A program made the position numbers and the translations under genes. Shown piece by piece: positions 29,455 through 40,091 of a DNA stretch of 64,000 bases. The DNA comes from an uncultured Phycisphaerales bacterium (GTDB taxonomy: Bacteria; Planctomycetota; Phycisphaerae; Tepidisphaerales; Tepidisphaeraceae): positions 608,001-672,000 of the forward strand of contig CAVWVQ010000003.1 of assembly GCA_963758525.1 (NCBI GenBank). The letters run 5' to 3'. The notes beneath the pieces are model-generated. The model did no database searches, was not told where the DNA came from, and worked only from the letters and a program-made list of their open reading frames with translations. Positions within the stretch are counted from its first letter, which is position 1; every line of letters begins with the position of its first letter.

Positions 29455-32001
29455 CTACTTGCCCTGCGGCAGCAAGTCCGTTGCCACGAACTCGTAGGAG
29501 CCGGGAGTGATATCCAGCTCGAACGACTGGCCGACCTTGGAAATGTTGAGCAGACCGTCGATGCCCGGATTGGCCGCCTGACCGTGGTTCCAAACCACCT
29601 TGCCCCCAGAGGCGAGTTTCGGCGCCGATGCGGCGCCGATCGGCAGCGCGACGGTCGCCCGCGTTCCTGGCGGAATCGTCACCTTCAGGGTGAGTTGCCC
29701 CGGCTGCCGCCGCCAGTCGACAACGATGTCGCCATGAGGGCTGGGCACGACGCCGCGGGCAAAATCCAGATTGCATAGCGTGGGCCGGATCGCCAGCGTG
29801 GCAAAGCCGGGCGCCGTCGGCGTTACGCCCAGAATCTTGCTCGACATCTGGTAGGTGGGCGAGGCGATCCACCCATGGCTGTAGTCACCTCTTGTTGCGC
29901 CCATTTCCCGAACGGTCTGCGTTTCAGGCACCACCTGATACTCGTGCATTTTCGCAACGCCATATTTTCCAAAGAGTCCGGCATGGGCAAACGCATCGAA
30001 AACAAAATGCATGTAATAGGGCGTCACGTCCCAGTTTTTATTCTGGACCATCGTGTCGATGATTGCGGCTTGCCGATCCTCTGGAGCAAGATCATGTAAA
30101 ACGGCGATCGCGTTGTTCTGCACGCTGAAGCTTTCCATCCGTACGTCGGCCGGGAGCCACTTTCCCGGTCGGACTGACGTGACGAACGGCTTCCCGTCCC
30201 GGTACTGTTGCCGGTCCGGGTTCCACAGCTCTTTTTGGTAGGCCTCGGCAATCTGCCGGCGAAGCATCCCGTATTTCTCCGCATCGGCTGGATGGTTGGT
30301 CAGCTTCGCGACACGGATGGCATCGGCCAGCGCTCGATAAAAAAGCGCCGTCATGTACCCCTGCCCGATCACCGCCGGAGGATGATGACAATTGAACTGG
30401 ATCCTGGGGTCTTTGTCGTCATGCACGCTCGCCCAATCCATAAACATATAGTTTGGCGCTTCCGAGATGATCCCATTTTTGCCCAGATACGAGTTGAATT
30501 GATCAATCACCGCGTGGACATTGGGCGCCAGCTCCTCCACCATGCGCTGATCGCCGGTGTAGTCATAGTAATTCAGCAGCGACTGCAGCCAGTAGAAAAT
30601 GTAGCTGGTGTGGAACGTGTGATATTTGGCATTCTCCATCACCCACGACCACTTGCGCAGATCCTGCCGCGCCAGGGAGAAATTGGTGCCCATGGCGTTG
30701 TAATTCACCAGGTCGGCGATGAGATAATCCCCGTAATCGCTGATCGGTTCCTGATGCTGCGGCGAATCGAGATGATGCGTAATCATGCAGATCTGCGTCG
30801 ACCACCGGCCGCTTTTCCACAGCGTGTTGAGCGCTTCGTCGCTGCACGTGAACGATCCGCGATATTCGACCGGCTGCGACAGGAAATCGGCGCTGACATC
30901 CATGATCTCGATCGGGCTGGTCGCGTTTTTCACCAGGACGTTGATCGTGCCCAGCGCGTAATAGTCCCGGCTCTCAAAGTATTGAATGCCATCCCGCAAC
31001 TGCAACTGATAGACGCGACCGCCCCATGTATTGGTTTCGTTCGAAAGCAGATAGATCCGCGCGCCGTTGCAACCCTTGACGGCAATCCCGCATCGCCCTG
31101 CCATGATCTTGTTGAAATGAACCGCAAATTCACCCTCTCCCTTCACCACGATCGGGTGGCCCTTCTCGAAAGGCTTATCGGGGACGGTGACGCCGCCCGC
31201 GACGCGCGAAATCTCGAAGTAGGGATAGCGGGCCTCCATCAGCGGAGGGAGCTCACTGGTCACCAGGGTAGCGGAGGGCGGATCGCCGGGCGTGCAGGCA
31301 GGCCACGCCGAGTCGTCAAACCCAGGGAGCAGCCAGCCCGCAGGCTCCGCCGCGGCATCAAACAACGGGCGCTTGCCCTTGCCGAGCTTCTTCTCAAGTC
31401 CTGCCGGAATTTCGACGCTCTTCAGGTAAGCCGAGGAAGTCGCCTTCCATGACCCATCGGTCCGGATTGTCAGCGTCTGACCGTCCGCGTATTCGACCCG
31501 TGCCTCAAACTGAAAACCATTGCACCCGATCAATTCCGCCGCAACGGCGTTCTTACCCTGGCTGAAAAGAGGTGTCAGGTCGCGGCAATCGCAGAACCGT
31601 CGCCCGCTTGGGGTTCCAGTAAAGTCATGCCCCGCGTCCGCCGGCCCACGGGCCGCTGGCTTGCCGTTGATGTAGAGCAGGTAATTATCCGAGGTGATCC
31701 ACGCCGTCACCCTGGTCGGCTTTTGGGGCAACACGACTTCCGTGCGCATACAGGTGGCGGCGGAGTCACGCACGCGTGGCGACGAGGAAACGATCCACTT
31801 TGCCGACCAAGCCTCCTTCGACTCGGGCTGAACCCACACATAACCGGGCGCTTGCACCCCGTCCTGGTCCACCTTGACGGTCATCCCGGCATTTTGAATG
31901 GGCCCGCGCGTGTCGACCAGGCCGGCTGGCTCATCGGCTTGCGCTGCTGCCGCTGCGGTAAGTGCTAAAAAGATTCCGCAGATCATTTCTCGTAGCTTCA
32001 T
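29455..32001 (-). CDS. Alpha-L-rhamnosidase-like glycoside hydrolase (GH78)
   Basis: Signal peptide; GSFTCSDEALNTLW, DSPQHQE, YMFMDW, SHGWIASP, GVVPSPHG, VTIPPGT. Confidence 0.85.
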   Translation of the reverse strand: MKLREMICGIFLALTAAAAAQADEPAGLVDTRGPIQNAGMTVKVDQDGVQAPGYVWVQPESKEAWSAKWIVSSSPRVRDSAATCMRTEVVLPQKPTRVTAWITSDNYLLYINGKPAARGPADAGHDFTGTPSGRRFCDCRDLTPLFSQGKNAVAAELIGCNGFQFEARVEYADGQTLTIRTDGSWKATSSAYLKSVEIPAGLEKKLGKGKRPLFDAAAEPAGWLLPGFDDSAWPACTPGDPPSATLVTSELPPLMEARYPYFEISRVAGGVTVPDKPFEKGHPIVVKGEGEFAVHFNKIMAGRCGIAVKGCNGARIYLLSNETNTWGGRVYQLQLRDGIQYFESRDYYALGTINVLVKNATSPIEIMDVSADFLSQPVEYRGSFTCSDEALNTLWKSGRWSTQICMITHHLDSPQHQEPISDYGDYLIADLVNYNAMGTNFSLARQDLRKWSWVMENAKYHTFHTSYIFYWLQSLLNYYDYTGDQRMVEELAPNVHAVIDQFNSYLGKNGIISEAPNYMFMDWASVHDDKDPRIQFNCHHPPAVIGQGYMTALFYRALADAIRVAKLTNHPADAEKYGMLRRQIAEAYQKELWNPDRQQYRDGKPFVTSVRPGKWLPADVRMESFSVQNNAIAVLHDLAPEDRQAAIIDTMVQNKNWDVTPYYMHFVFDAFAHAGLFGKYGVAKMHEYQVVPETQTVREMGATRGDYSHGWIASPTYQMSSKILGVTPTAPGFATLAIRPTLCNLDFARGVVPSPHGDIVVDWRRQPGQLTLKVTIPPGTRATVALPIGAASAPKLASGGKVVWNHGQAANPGIDGLLNISKVGQSFELDITPGSYEFVATDLLPQGK

Positions 32002-32063
32002 GATCCTCACTAAACCGAATTGGACCGACGATGAGCAAAAATCGCTTGCGGATGCTCAAGTTT

Positions 32064-32280
32064 ACGACGGCTTCTTCCTTGCCGCCATGGTCCCTTGCGT
32101 TTTCGTTGAGGTAGGGGTGTGGCGCTCGAAAGTGGCGATCGGCTCCGAGTAGGGCGGGATTCATCCCGCCGATTTGTTGGCCGGCTGAGAAAACGGCGGG
32201 ATGAATCCCGCCCTACGATCGCAAAATCTGCAATCGCCACAAATAAAAGTTACACCCTTGAGGTAGTGCGCGATCAGTTC
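32064..32280 (-). pseudogene. 65-bp relic of the GH29 gene, split by MITE copy 2
   Basis: After removing the MITE and one target copy it matches 39017-39081 with 2 mismatches (ELIAHYLNENARDHGGKEEAVV). Confidence 0.9.
32115..32257. mobile_element. 143-bp MITE (family A), copy 2
   Basis: Identical to copy 1; 9-bp target duplication TTGAGGTAG. Confidence 0.93.
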
Positions 32281-32807
32281 TTCGCCCCCGTGTCGCCATC
32301 GCCGGGCATGATCGTTTCTAACGGACCGACGCTGCCGTCGGGGCAGGTTGGCGATGTCACGCGGGCGTAGTTTTTGGGGTCATCTGCCAGCGAGAACCAG
32401 TTTGATTCACCGGGTTTTTTCACTTCCGCGATCGGATCCCAGGGGATCAGCGCGGGTTTGGATTGCGAGGTTGGGGACTGCTTCATCCAAGCCTGGATTC
32501 GCATAACCGTAGCCGGGTCGTACTTTTGCAGATACGCGACAAATGGCTTTCCCCCGGAACAGCGGAGCACTGTCGCTCCATATGCGGTTGTGCCGTTGTG
32601 ATCAAAGGGCGGAAAGTTGGAGACGCTGTCCTGGAAATAGGTTTTGCCGTCGTCATCAGAAAAGAACGCCCGATCGGAGCGAAGGGCGTGATGCCTCGGC
32701 GTGCCCGAGAATTGCCACGCGACCAAAAGCAGGGTGCCCGCGATGATGGCCGTCGCGGCGATCATCACAACTCCCGTTCTCTGATTCAACCATTGGCGAA
32801 CGCCCAC
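32274..32807 (-). CDS. Membrane-anchored hypothetical protein downstream of a DUF1559-like gene
   Basis: N-terminal TM helix; FFSDDDGKTYF, PPFDHNG, FVAYLQKY, EVKKPG, CPDG. Confidence 0.75.
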   Translation of the reverse strand: MGVRQWLNQRTGVVMIAATAIIAGTLLLVAWQFSGTPRHHALRSDRAFFSDDDGKTYFQDSVSNFPPFDHNGTTAYGATVLRCSGGKPFVAYLQKYDPATVMRIQAWMKQSPTSQSKPALIPWDPIAEVKKPGESNWFSLADDPKNYARVTSPTCPDGSVGPLETIMPGDGDTGAKN

Positions 32808-32822
32808 GGCATCTCCGGGACC

Positions 32823-33749
32823 TTATTGATCGATGCGCCAGTAAGGATACGAAAATCCGCCGGTCTTCGCATCGGCGTTGAAGCCGGCAGGGGTGCTGGC
32901 GTACATGTCGGCTTCCATCGTCGTATTCACGTACCAGGGGAGCGAGGGACGCGGAATTGTTTCAGCGTGCCCGTCCATCAAAAGAACGTTGGTATACCCG
33001 GTCTTCTGCAGTGCCAGCGGCGATGACTGGTTTCCCTTCCCATGGCGATTGATAAGGCGCCAATACAGGTTGTAGTAGGCATGAAGTCCGGATCCATCGA
33101 AGAGGAAGACCACTTCGGAGGACTTCATCTGCACGAGCTTGTAGCCGCTGGTGAACTGGTCTCCTGTTGCCTGGCAGGGGGACTTATCGTACAGCCCTCC
33201 AGCAATCGGGGGCTTTACGTTGTTGTTGTTTCCGTTGATGCCGTAGCAGCAACCGACATAGAGAGTTTGCGGCGCGGGCGGCGAGGGCCGCAGCACCAGC
33301 GATTTATACGTCAAAAACCCGTCGATGCCGCCGGCGGGGTAGGTCGTGAAGCCGTTGGCGGTAAACGGGCCGTTCTCGCCGACATTTGGAGCGGAGGGAC
33401 AGTTGAGGACGGAGTCGTAATCGATTCCCGACGTGCTGGTTATCCCCTGCTCGGAAATATATCCCAGCGCGACAAGGGCGAGTGGCCAGAGATCTCCGAC
33501 GCTGGTGCTGCCCTTGTCGTAGAAGTAGCAAGGGAGCGCATATCCGTGGTTGTCGTTGCTATAAGACAGCGCCGCCTGCCCGACTTGGCGGAGATTCGAA
33601 AGGCACTTGATCGTGCGTGCCGATTCGCGGGCGGAGTTGAGGGCCGGCAGCAGCAGCGCGAGCAGAATCGCGATGATGCCTATGACGACCAGGAGTTCCA
33701 CAAGGGTAAAGCCTCGACCGCGGTTTTTCCGGTCCAGTCCTCGCATCAT
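32823..33749 (-). CDS. Prepilin-type N-terminal / H-X-DG (DUF1559-like) protein 1
   Basis: [46 protein letters not shown]. Confidence 0.9.
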   Translation of the reverse strand: MMRGLDRKNRGRGFTLVELLVVIGIIAILLALLLPALNSARESARTIKCLSNLRQVGQAALSYSNDNHGYALPCYFYDKGSTSVGDLWPLALVALGYISEQGITSTSGIDYDSVLNCPSAPNVGENGPFTANGFTTYPAGGIDGFLTYKSLVLRPSPPAPQTLYVGCCYGINGNNNNVKPPIAGGLYDKSPCQATGDQFTSGYKLVQMKSSEVVFLFDGSGLHAYYNLYWRLINRHGKGNQSSPLALQKTGYTNVLLMDGHAETIPRPSLPWYVNTTMEADMYASTPAGFNADAKTGGFSYPYWRIDQ

Positions 33750-33911
33750 AACAAATTCGATCGCGCCTTCGCCGCTGTCGGCATCGGCGCGGGCAGACGT
33801 GAGATTACACTCGCCAATCATCGGTCCTGACCCCGCAATCTGGCGTTTAAATTAGCTGTCATCTTCGCCCCGACCAATAAAAATTTCCCGCCGCAAAGAA
33901 GGTGAAAGCGC

Positions 33912-35891
33912 TCAGCCTGCGCCTCTGGATTGCTCGACGACGGCGCGCCGCTTCCTCCGCGACGCCAGCATTGGAATGACCCCGGCCAGCACCAGAATGC
34001 CGCCGCCCGGCTCGGGAGTTGCGTTGTACCCGATCTCCAGATATTGCCCGCCGCCGCTGTTGATCGCCTCCAAATAGAACGAGGAGCCGGATCCCGTCGA
34101 ATTGCTTCCGGGAGCCCCGACGAACGCGCTGGTGTCGAGAGTGAACAGGCTGGAGGTGGTCGTGCCGGTGGACGCTCCGGTTGGGCCGGCGGTTGCAAGG
34201 TAAACTCCGGGCGTGAACGGGGTGCCGTTGGTGATGGAGGCGATTTCCCAAGTGTAGTTCTTCGTCCTATCGAAGTCGCCGATCTTGCCTCCCGGGCTGG
34301 TGAGGGAGATCGCAAACGTATTGCCCGCGCCGCCCCCCAGACCAGAGAGGGCCAGGGCATTCATCGAAACAAGATCCCATCCCGTCGAGCTTCCGGCGGC
34401 GCCGGTGCCGGCAACCCCGGTTCCAGTTCCGTTGGTTTCGTTGATCTTCGCGACGTAAGCGCCGCCTTTGGCCCACGTCTGGCCGACCGTCGTCGATGCC
34501 CCGTTCTGCGTTGTCAGGGTCCCGGTCACGTCGGTTGCGCCGGTTCCGGTGGTGGTCCCGAGCGTGCTTGCGGTACCGGTGCCGGCCGAAAGCTTGCTGC
34601 CGGCGGCAATGGTCAGGGGACCGTTGACCGTCCTGAACCCGCCAAGCGCCTGCCCGCTGGCGAGCGCGAAACCGCCGGTGATTCCGGTGATGTCAAGCGT
34701 CGCGGCGGTGGCAGCGGAACTCCCCGCGGTAATCGCCCCCGAACTGGCAATGTTGTTTGACGCGCTGGAGAGCGCCAGCGTGCCGGCGGCCACGGTTGTG
34801 GCGCCCTTATATGTGTTCGCCGCCGAAATCGTCAGCGTGCTGGAGCCGGCCTTGGTGAAGGCGCCGGTCGCCAATGTTCCAACTTGAAACGCGGTAGCAT
34901 AGGTGGTGACGGTATTTCCCGTGCCTGCGTCAATTGTCCCCGTAACCCCGTCCTCGATTTTAATCTTGCCGGATAAATCGTCTATAGCGGCCCCATTGCC
35001 TCCGTTATTACCGATCCAGAGTGTTGCGTCCCCGGTGAAATCGAAGCCGTTGGTCGCCGTCACTTTAGAGGCATTCCAATTGGTGCTCAGCTCGAATGTC
35101 CCGCCGTTCAGTTGAACCTGAGTGATGGTTCCATTAAAGCCACCGGAGTTGGCGAACAAGCCGGAGCCCTTCTTGATGATGGTTCCGGTCGTCTGGCCAA
35201 CAGGGTTGTTAATCCGGCCAAGGTTCGTATTGCCGCCGCCGTCGATCGTCAGCGTCTTGCCATTGATGTTGATCGAACCGGCAGCCGTGCCGGCGTTCAG
35301 CGTCAGCGCATCGCCTGTGCCAACAAACCACGTTTGGTTGTTCTGTACTGTGCCGTTCCACGCGCTGGTCCCAGTCGCTCCCACTTGCAGATTTTTGTTG
35401 AGGTTGTCGTCGATCCAGATGCCGACATTGGAGGTGCCGTTAACGGTCTGGCCTCCCGTAAAGTTGAAAGCTGAGGTCCCGTTGGTATTCACGATCGTGG
35501 TGTTGCCAACGGCTCCGGTCAGCCAAATGGCCCCGACTGTTATCGCACTGGCGGTGGAAAATGTCGGCTGCGTTGCGGTGACCCGGTTGAATTCGGCAAT
35601 GTCGTTTGTGCCAGGAGCTGCTGCCGGATCGGGTGTGTCCGCTGTGCCACTGGTATTCCAGTTGGTGTTTGTGGTCCACGGCGCACTGCCCGGCGCCGCA
35701 TCCCAGTAAATTGTTGCCGCTTGAGCCGAGGGGGAGGGAAGCAGCGACTGCGCGACCGTCAATGCGGCGGCGGAAGCCACCAGCACGAGAGAGTGTCGCG
35801 CGGCTCTACGGCGCCGCCCGCTCCAGTTGGCGTTGTTGAAAAAGGCTTCTTTTGCTGAAGTTCCGGCACACACACGGGGCTGCTTTTGCAT
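33912..35891 (-). CDS. PEP-CTERM surface protein with autotransporter-associated beta-strand repeats (1)
   Basis: TKAGSSTLTISAANTYKGATT repeat; TPEPG plus TM helix plus RRKRR. Confidence 0.9.
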   Translation of the reverse strand: MQKQPRVCAGTSAKEAFFNNANWSGRRRRAARHSLVLVASAAALTVAQSLLPSPSAQAATIYWDAAPGSAPWTTNTNWNTSGTADTPDPAAAPGTNDIAEFNRVTATQPTFSTASAITVGAIWLTGAVGNTTIVNTNGTSAFNFTGGQTVNGTSNVGIWIDDNLNKNLQVGATGTSAWNGTVQNNQTWFVGTGDALTLNAGTAAGSININGKTLTIDGGGNTNLGRINNPVGQTTGTIIKKGSGLFANSGGFNGTITQVQLNGGTFELSTNWNASKVTATNGFDFTGDATLWIGNNGGNGAAIDDLSGKIKIEDGVTGTIDAGTGNTVTTYATAFQVGTLATGAFTKAGSSTLTISAANTYKGATTVAAGTLALSSASNNIASSGAITAGSSAATAATLDITGITGGFALASGQALGGFRTVNGPLTIAAGSKLSAGTGTASTLGTTTGTGATDVTGTLTTQNGASTTVGQTWAKGGAYVAKINETNGTGTGVAGTGAAGSSTGWDLVSMNALALSGLGGGAGNTFAISLTSPGGKIGDFDRTKNYTWEIASITNGTPFTPGVYLATAGPTGASTGTTTSSLFTLDTSAFVGAPGSNSTGSGSSFYLEAINSGGGQYLEIGYNATPEPGGGILVLAGVIPMLASRRKRRAVVEQSRGAG

Positions 35892-35988
35892 CGTTCTCTC
35901 CCAGATTTCCGTCTGCGCGTCAGACTTGACGAGGCATGTTCACTCCGCCGCGCCTTTCAAAGACCGCAAGGTTTCTCCGCGTCAATGC

Positions 35989-36060
35989 GTATCCGCGCGG
36001 CGGACTCAAATTCTTACAAAGATTTCTTTTTGTAAGAATTTGGTCTCGCGGCGCGGATAC
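35989..36060. promoter_or_regulatory. 72-bp imperfect palindrome between divergent PEP-CTERM and ECF genes
   Basis: GTATCCGCGC..CAAATTCTTACAAA / TTTGTAAGAATTTG..GCGCGGATAC. Confidence 0.6.
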
Positions 36061-36092
36061 CGGCTGACCGCAGTCCGAAAATCCTGTGCGCG

Positions 36093-36647
36093 GTGAACAC
36101 CGGGAGGCGTCTCTTGGCAGGTTTGGAATCGCGTAACGAGGAATTCGCCCGGCTGTGGACGCAAGCCCAGCCAGGGGTGTCGGCTTTCGTATTGTCGATG
36201 ATTCCCGATTTTCACATGGCTGAGGACGTTTTGCAGGAATGCGCCGCCGTGCTGATCCGCAAATTCGACCGGTACGATCCTTCACAGCCGTTCATTGCCT
36301 GGGCCATCGCCGTGGCCCGCCTTGAAATCATGGACGCGCGCCGCCACGTTGCCGCTTCCCGCGTCGTGTTCGACGAGACGGCGTTTGAAAACCTCGCCGC
36401 CGCCTACGAGAAAGTGGGCCCGGAGGTGGGACCGATTGTGGCGGCGCTGCAGGAATGCGTCGACCGGGCGAGCAGCAAATCACGACAGTTGCTTGATCTG
36501 CGCTATGGTGCGGATTTGAAGCCGCGGGAAATCGCCGCGCGGGTCGGTTCGACGGTCAATGCGACGACGGTTGCCCTCAACCGCGTGCGTCAGTCGCTGC
36601 GCCAGTGCGTTGAATTGAGATTATCGAGCAAAAAGGCGACGTTATGA
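36093..36647 (+). CDS. ECF sigma-70 factor (planctomycete/verrucomicrobial FecI-like type)
   Basis: FARLW, AEDVLQE, FIAWAIAVAR, LNRVRQSLRQC. Confidence 0.92.
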   Translation: MNTGRRLLAGLESRNEEFARLWTQAQPGVSAFVLSMIPDFHMAEDVLQECAAVLIRKFDRYDPSQPFIAWAIAVARLEIMDARRHVAASRVVFDETAFENLAAAYEKVGPEVGPIVAALQECVDRASSKSRQLLDLRYGADLKPREIAARVGSTVNATTVALNRVRQSLRQCVELRLSSKKATL

Positions 36648-38097
36648 CGAGCGACCCCAAGATACTGATTGCGCTGTATATCGACGACGCGCTGTCGCCG
36701 GAGCAGGGCGCGAACTGTGCGAATGGGTGAATCAGAGCCCGGCCAACGCAGAGCGATTCGCCCGCGAGATGGTATTTCACCGCCGCCTGTATGACATTTG
36801 CCACGGCCGCAATGTTCTGGCGATTCACGACCAGGACGACGAAACTCCGTCGACCGACGATCCGCGGGGCAAGTCGCTGGTGATGCCAGCCATCGTTGAA
36901 GAAGCCGAGCCGACAGAAGACCAGGCGATCACGCCCCCTCCCGCCGCCGCGCGGGTGCCGGCGGCGCCCAAGCCGCGGCGGATCATTTCGGCAAAACGCG
37001 GAGGCTTTCGCCAGTGGCGATGGTTCGCCGCCGCCGCCGGGCTGGGATTGGCTGCGTGTCTGATCCTCGCCTTGATGCCGCGGTTCGGTTCTCCGGCGCG
37101 GCTGACCGCACTGGCGGGCGTTAGCTGGGAGCGCGACGCCATGCCGGTCGGAAGCAAACTGGATCGCGGGCAGATCGTGCAGCTTCGATCGGGAACGGCT
37201 GAGCTTACCTTTGCCAGCGGCGCGAGCGTAATCCTGCAGGGGCCGGTCGCGTTTCATGTTGCCGATCGCAATGCTGGCGCGCTCGACTATGGCAAGCTGG
37301 TCGCACACGTCCCTGGGGCGGCGCACGGATTCACTGTCACTTCATCGAATCTACAGATTGCCGACCTCGGAACCGAATTCGGATTGAGCGTTAGTCGGGC
37401 GGGGGTGGCGCGGGTCGAAGTGTTTAAGGGGAAACTGGAGATCACGCGTCCCGACCAGACAGTCGGGCGGCAACCGCCGATACAACTCACCTCCAACCAG
37501 ACGGTCAGTTGCCAGGTGAGCGAAGGGGAGATCGAGCCGGCCGCGCCGAACAGCGAGGCCTTCGTGCGGGAGATGGCCGAGACGCGGCTTCCCATCGCGC
37601 TTCACAATACTGGCATGGGACTGCGCGTGGGCGATCGTGATCCGAACTGGAAACTTCTTTCGCCCGGGGAGTCTGTTCCGCAGGCCCGGTCGGCGTTCGT
37701 CGCCTCCCCTCTGATTGGTCGCTATCTGGCGAATGATCCCGATCACTCCCAGTGGATTTCCTCGGTCGCGGACTTTAGCCGCGTCGCCACGGGCAAATAT
37801 ATCTTCAGGTCGACTTTTGATTTGACCGGCTTCGACCCAGCCAGTGTAGAGATCCATGTCAAATGTATTGCTGACGACAAGATCCACGAAGTCCGGGTCA
37901 ATGGAATGCGGGCCGCGCTGCCACGTGATGCCACCTCCTGGACGTTCACGGAATTTCACGCCTTCACACTGACCGGGCACTTTCGAAGTGGAATCAATAC
38001 GGTCGAATTCGAGGTTCCCAATGGCGGAGAGACGCCCACGGCGATGGGCCTTCGCGTCGAGTGGGAGGGAAGCGGTGCGCCGATCGTGCAGCGATGA
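36644..38097 (+). CDS. FecR-like anti-sigma factor with C-terminal beta-sandwich; apparent frameshift ~36710
   Basis: ATGA overlap with the sigma gene; TM helix, GASVILQGP, DLGTEFG, VFKGKLEI; LHNTG..DPNW..SQWIS..GLRVEW tail. Confidence 0.85.
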
Positions 38098-38382
38098 GGC
38101 GTCCCCTGCCGAAATTCAGCAGCATTATGCTTGGGATTCCCTGTCGTCTTCGGATTGCGATTGTGGAGTTGAGGCACGCGGACAGAGTCTCCTCCTGTTA
38201 ATAGCTTTCCAACACGACGTGCTGTTCAACTCGCCTTGCCGGTATCCAGTCGAGGGATTCACGCTGCAATGTCCGTACCGGATTGAGAACGTTTGCGAAG
38301 GCCTGACTGCGCCTCCGCGGTTCACGACCATCCATTCTTCTCGCGGAAGCCTGTTATATTCCGGATGTTGATGGTTCGCCTG

Positions 38383-39891
38383 TCACTTCTGGATGATCTT
38401 GTAGCAGACCGCGTCTTCGCAGGGCCACTTGCCGGCGGGCTCGATGATCAAACCATCCGAGCCCGCTTTCCAGGCGACTTTCTCGCTGCTTCCGAGCAAT
38501 TCGACATTCTTAATTTTATCGCCCATACCTGCCATGGCGGTCATCTTGATCTCGGCCTGCGGAATGCCCAGACAGAACGCGTAAATCACGTTTCCCTTGG
38601 TGGTGTAGCGGATGTCCTGCCAGGTCATTGGCTGCATCGGCTCATTCATTCCCTTCTTCTCTATCACCGTCGGCCCTTCGCCGAAGGTCTTCCATGGACG
38701 AGTGCCGTAGATAGCCTCCCCGTTGATAGGAATCCATTTAGCGAGTTCATCGAGAACCTTTTCACATTCGGGGTAGAGACCGCCATCGCCGCGCTGAGGG
38801 AAGTTCATGAGCAGATTGCCGTTCTTGCTCACCACGTCGATCAGCGTGTCGATGACGGTCGGCGCATCTTTGATGTTGGAGTGGGAGTCGTTATGAGGAT
38901 TATGGTTCATGTAGAACCACCCGGACAAGGAAGTATCATCCTGCCACGGGTTCGGCTGGAGGATCGTCGAGACGCCACGCTCGTAGTCGCTGACGAAGGA
39001 GCCGGCTTTCACGTTCACGACGGCTTCTTCCTTGCCGCCATGATCCCTTGCGTTTTCGTTGAGGTAATGCGCGATCAGTTCCATTCCATATTGGCCGTGG
39101 GGAATGCCGCCATCGAAGTAGAGAAGATCCGGCTTGTACTTGTCGACGAGTTCTGTGTGGCGCTTAAGCCACTCTTGTTTCCACGCTTCGGTGGGCTTGT
39201 CTTTCGGACCCGTGGGAGTGTTATAGAGGCTCTCAAAAGCGGGGTTCGCGCCATCATACGGCACACCCGCCAGCGGCCCGGTCTTGTCCGTCAGACGGGC
39301 GGCATACATATAATTCCAACCCCGCTCGTCGGCATGGGATGAAACTCCAAAGCGCAGCCCCGCCTTGAGCGCTGCCGCGCGCCACAGCCCGACGATGTCC
39401 TTGTGCGGGCCATGTTTGACCGAATTCCACTCATGATAGGTGGAGTCGAAGTTGTCGAAATTGTCGTGATGCGTCGCCAGGGCGACGAAGTATTTCGCAC
39501 CGGCCGCCTTATACTTTGCAATCAGGGCGTCGGGGTCGAATTTCTCGGCTTTCCAGGATTCGATGACGTCTTTGTAGCCTACCTTGGTTGGATGCCCATA
39601 GTGTGCGAGATGCCAGTTATAGTCGCCGTTGCCCTGCGTATACATGTCGTGAGCATAGTTGTTACTGATTCCCGGGATGGAGTCGGGGCCCCAGTGCGAC
39701 CAGATTCCGAATTTCGCGTCCCTGAACCATTCGGGGCACGTGTAACTGCTGAATGACTTCATCGTCGGCTGGAACGGACCCGCCACATCGGCCGAATCGG
39801 CGGCAGTCGCGTCGGCCAGGGCGGCGCGGGTGAACGACGGTGAAAGGAGCGAGATGAAAGCGACAGCGAAGCAGCAAAAGCGATTAGACAT
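38383..39891 (-). CDS. Alpha-L-fucosidase (GH29)
   Basis: PEWFRDAKFGIWSHWG, HHDNF, LLYFDG, DVVSKNGNLL, NGEAIYGTRPW; signal peptide. Confidence 0.93.
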   Translation of the reverse strand: MSNRFCCFAVAFISLLSPSFTRAALADATAADSADVAGPFQPTMKSFSSYTCPEWFRDAKFGIWSHWGPDSIPGISNNYAHDMYTQGNGDYNWHLAHYGHPTKVGYKDVIESWKAEKFDPDALIAKYKAAGAKYFVALATHHDNFDNFDSTYHEWNSVKHGPHKDIVGLWRAAALKAGLRFGVSSHADERGWNYMYAARLTDKTGPLAGVPYDGANPAFESLYNTPTGPKDKPTEAWKQEWLKRHTELVDKYKPDLLYFDGGIPHGQYGMELIAHYLNENARDHGGKEEAVVNVKAGSFVSDYERGVSTILQPNPWQDDTSLSGWFYMNHNPHNDSHSNIKDAPTVIDTLIDVVSKNGNLLMNFPQRGDGGLYPECEKVLDELAKWIPINGEAIYGTRPWKTFGEGPTVIEKKGMNEPMQPMTWQDIRYTTKGNVIYAFCLGIPQAEIKMTAMAGMGDKIKNVELLGSSEKVAWKAGSDGLIIEPAGKWPCEDAVCYKIIQK

Positions 39892-40091
39892 CGATCCGAT
39901 CCTTTTCGATTGATAACCCAGCGAGGCAATTCACCCCCGAAGGCCGTAGCCGAAAGGGGAACCCGTCCGGAGACCCGGCAGAAGCAATAACATACTGCCC
40001 GGCGGGCATCTTTTTCCGTATTCGTTGGCGGCTCCTTTATACTCGAACCAGTCCAGGTGAGGCACCCCGCGAAGGGCAGATCGCTCTGGGC

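Noticed and set aside
39920..40010. Possible riboswitch upstream of the fucosidase
   Set aside because: Some stems are possible but I recognise no consensus; an Rfam scan would decide.
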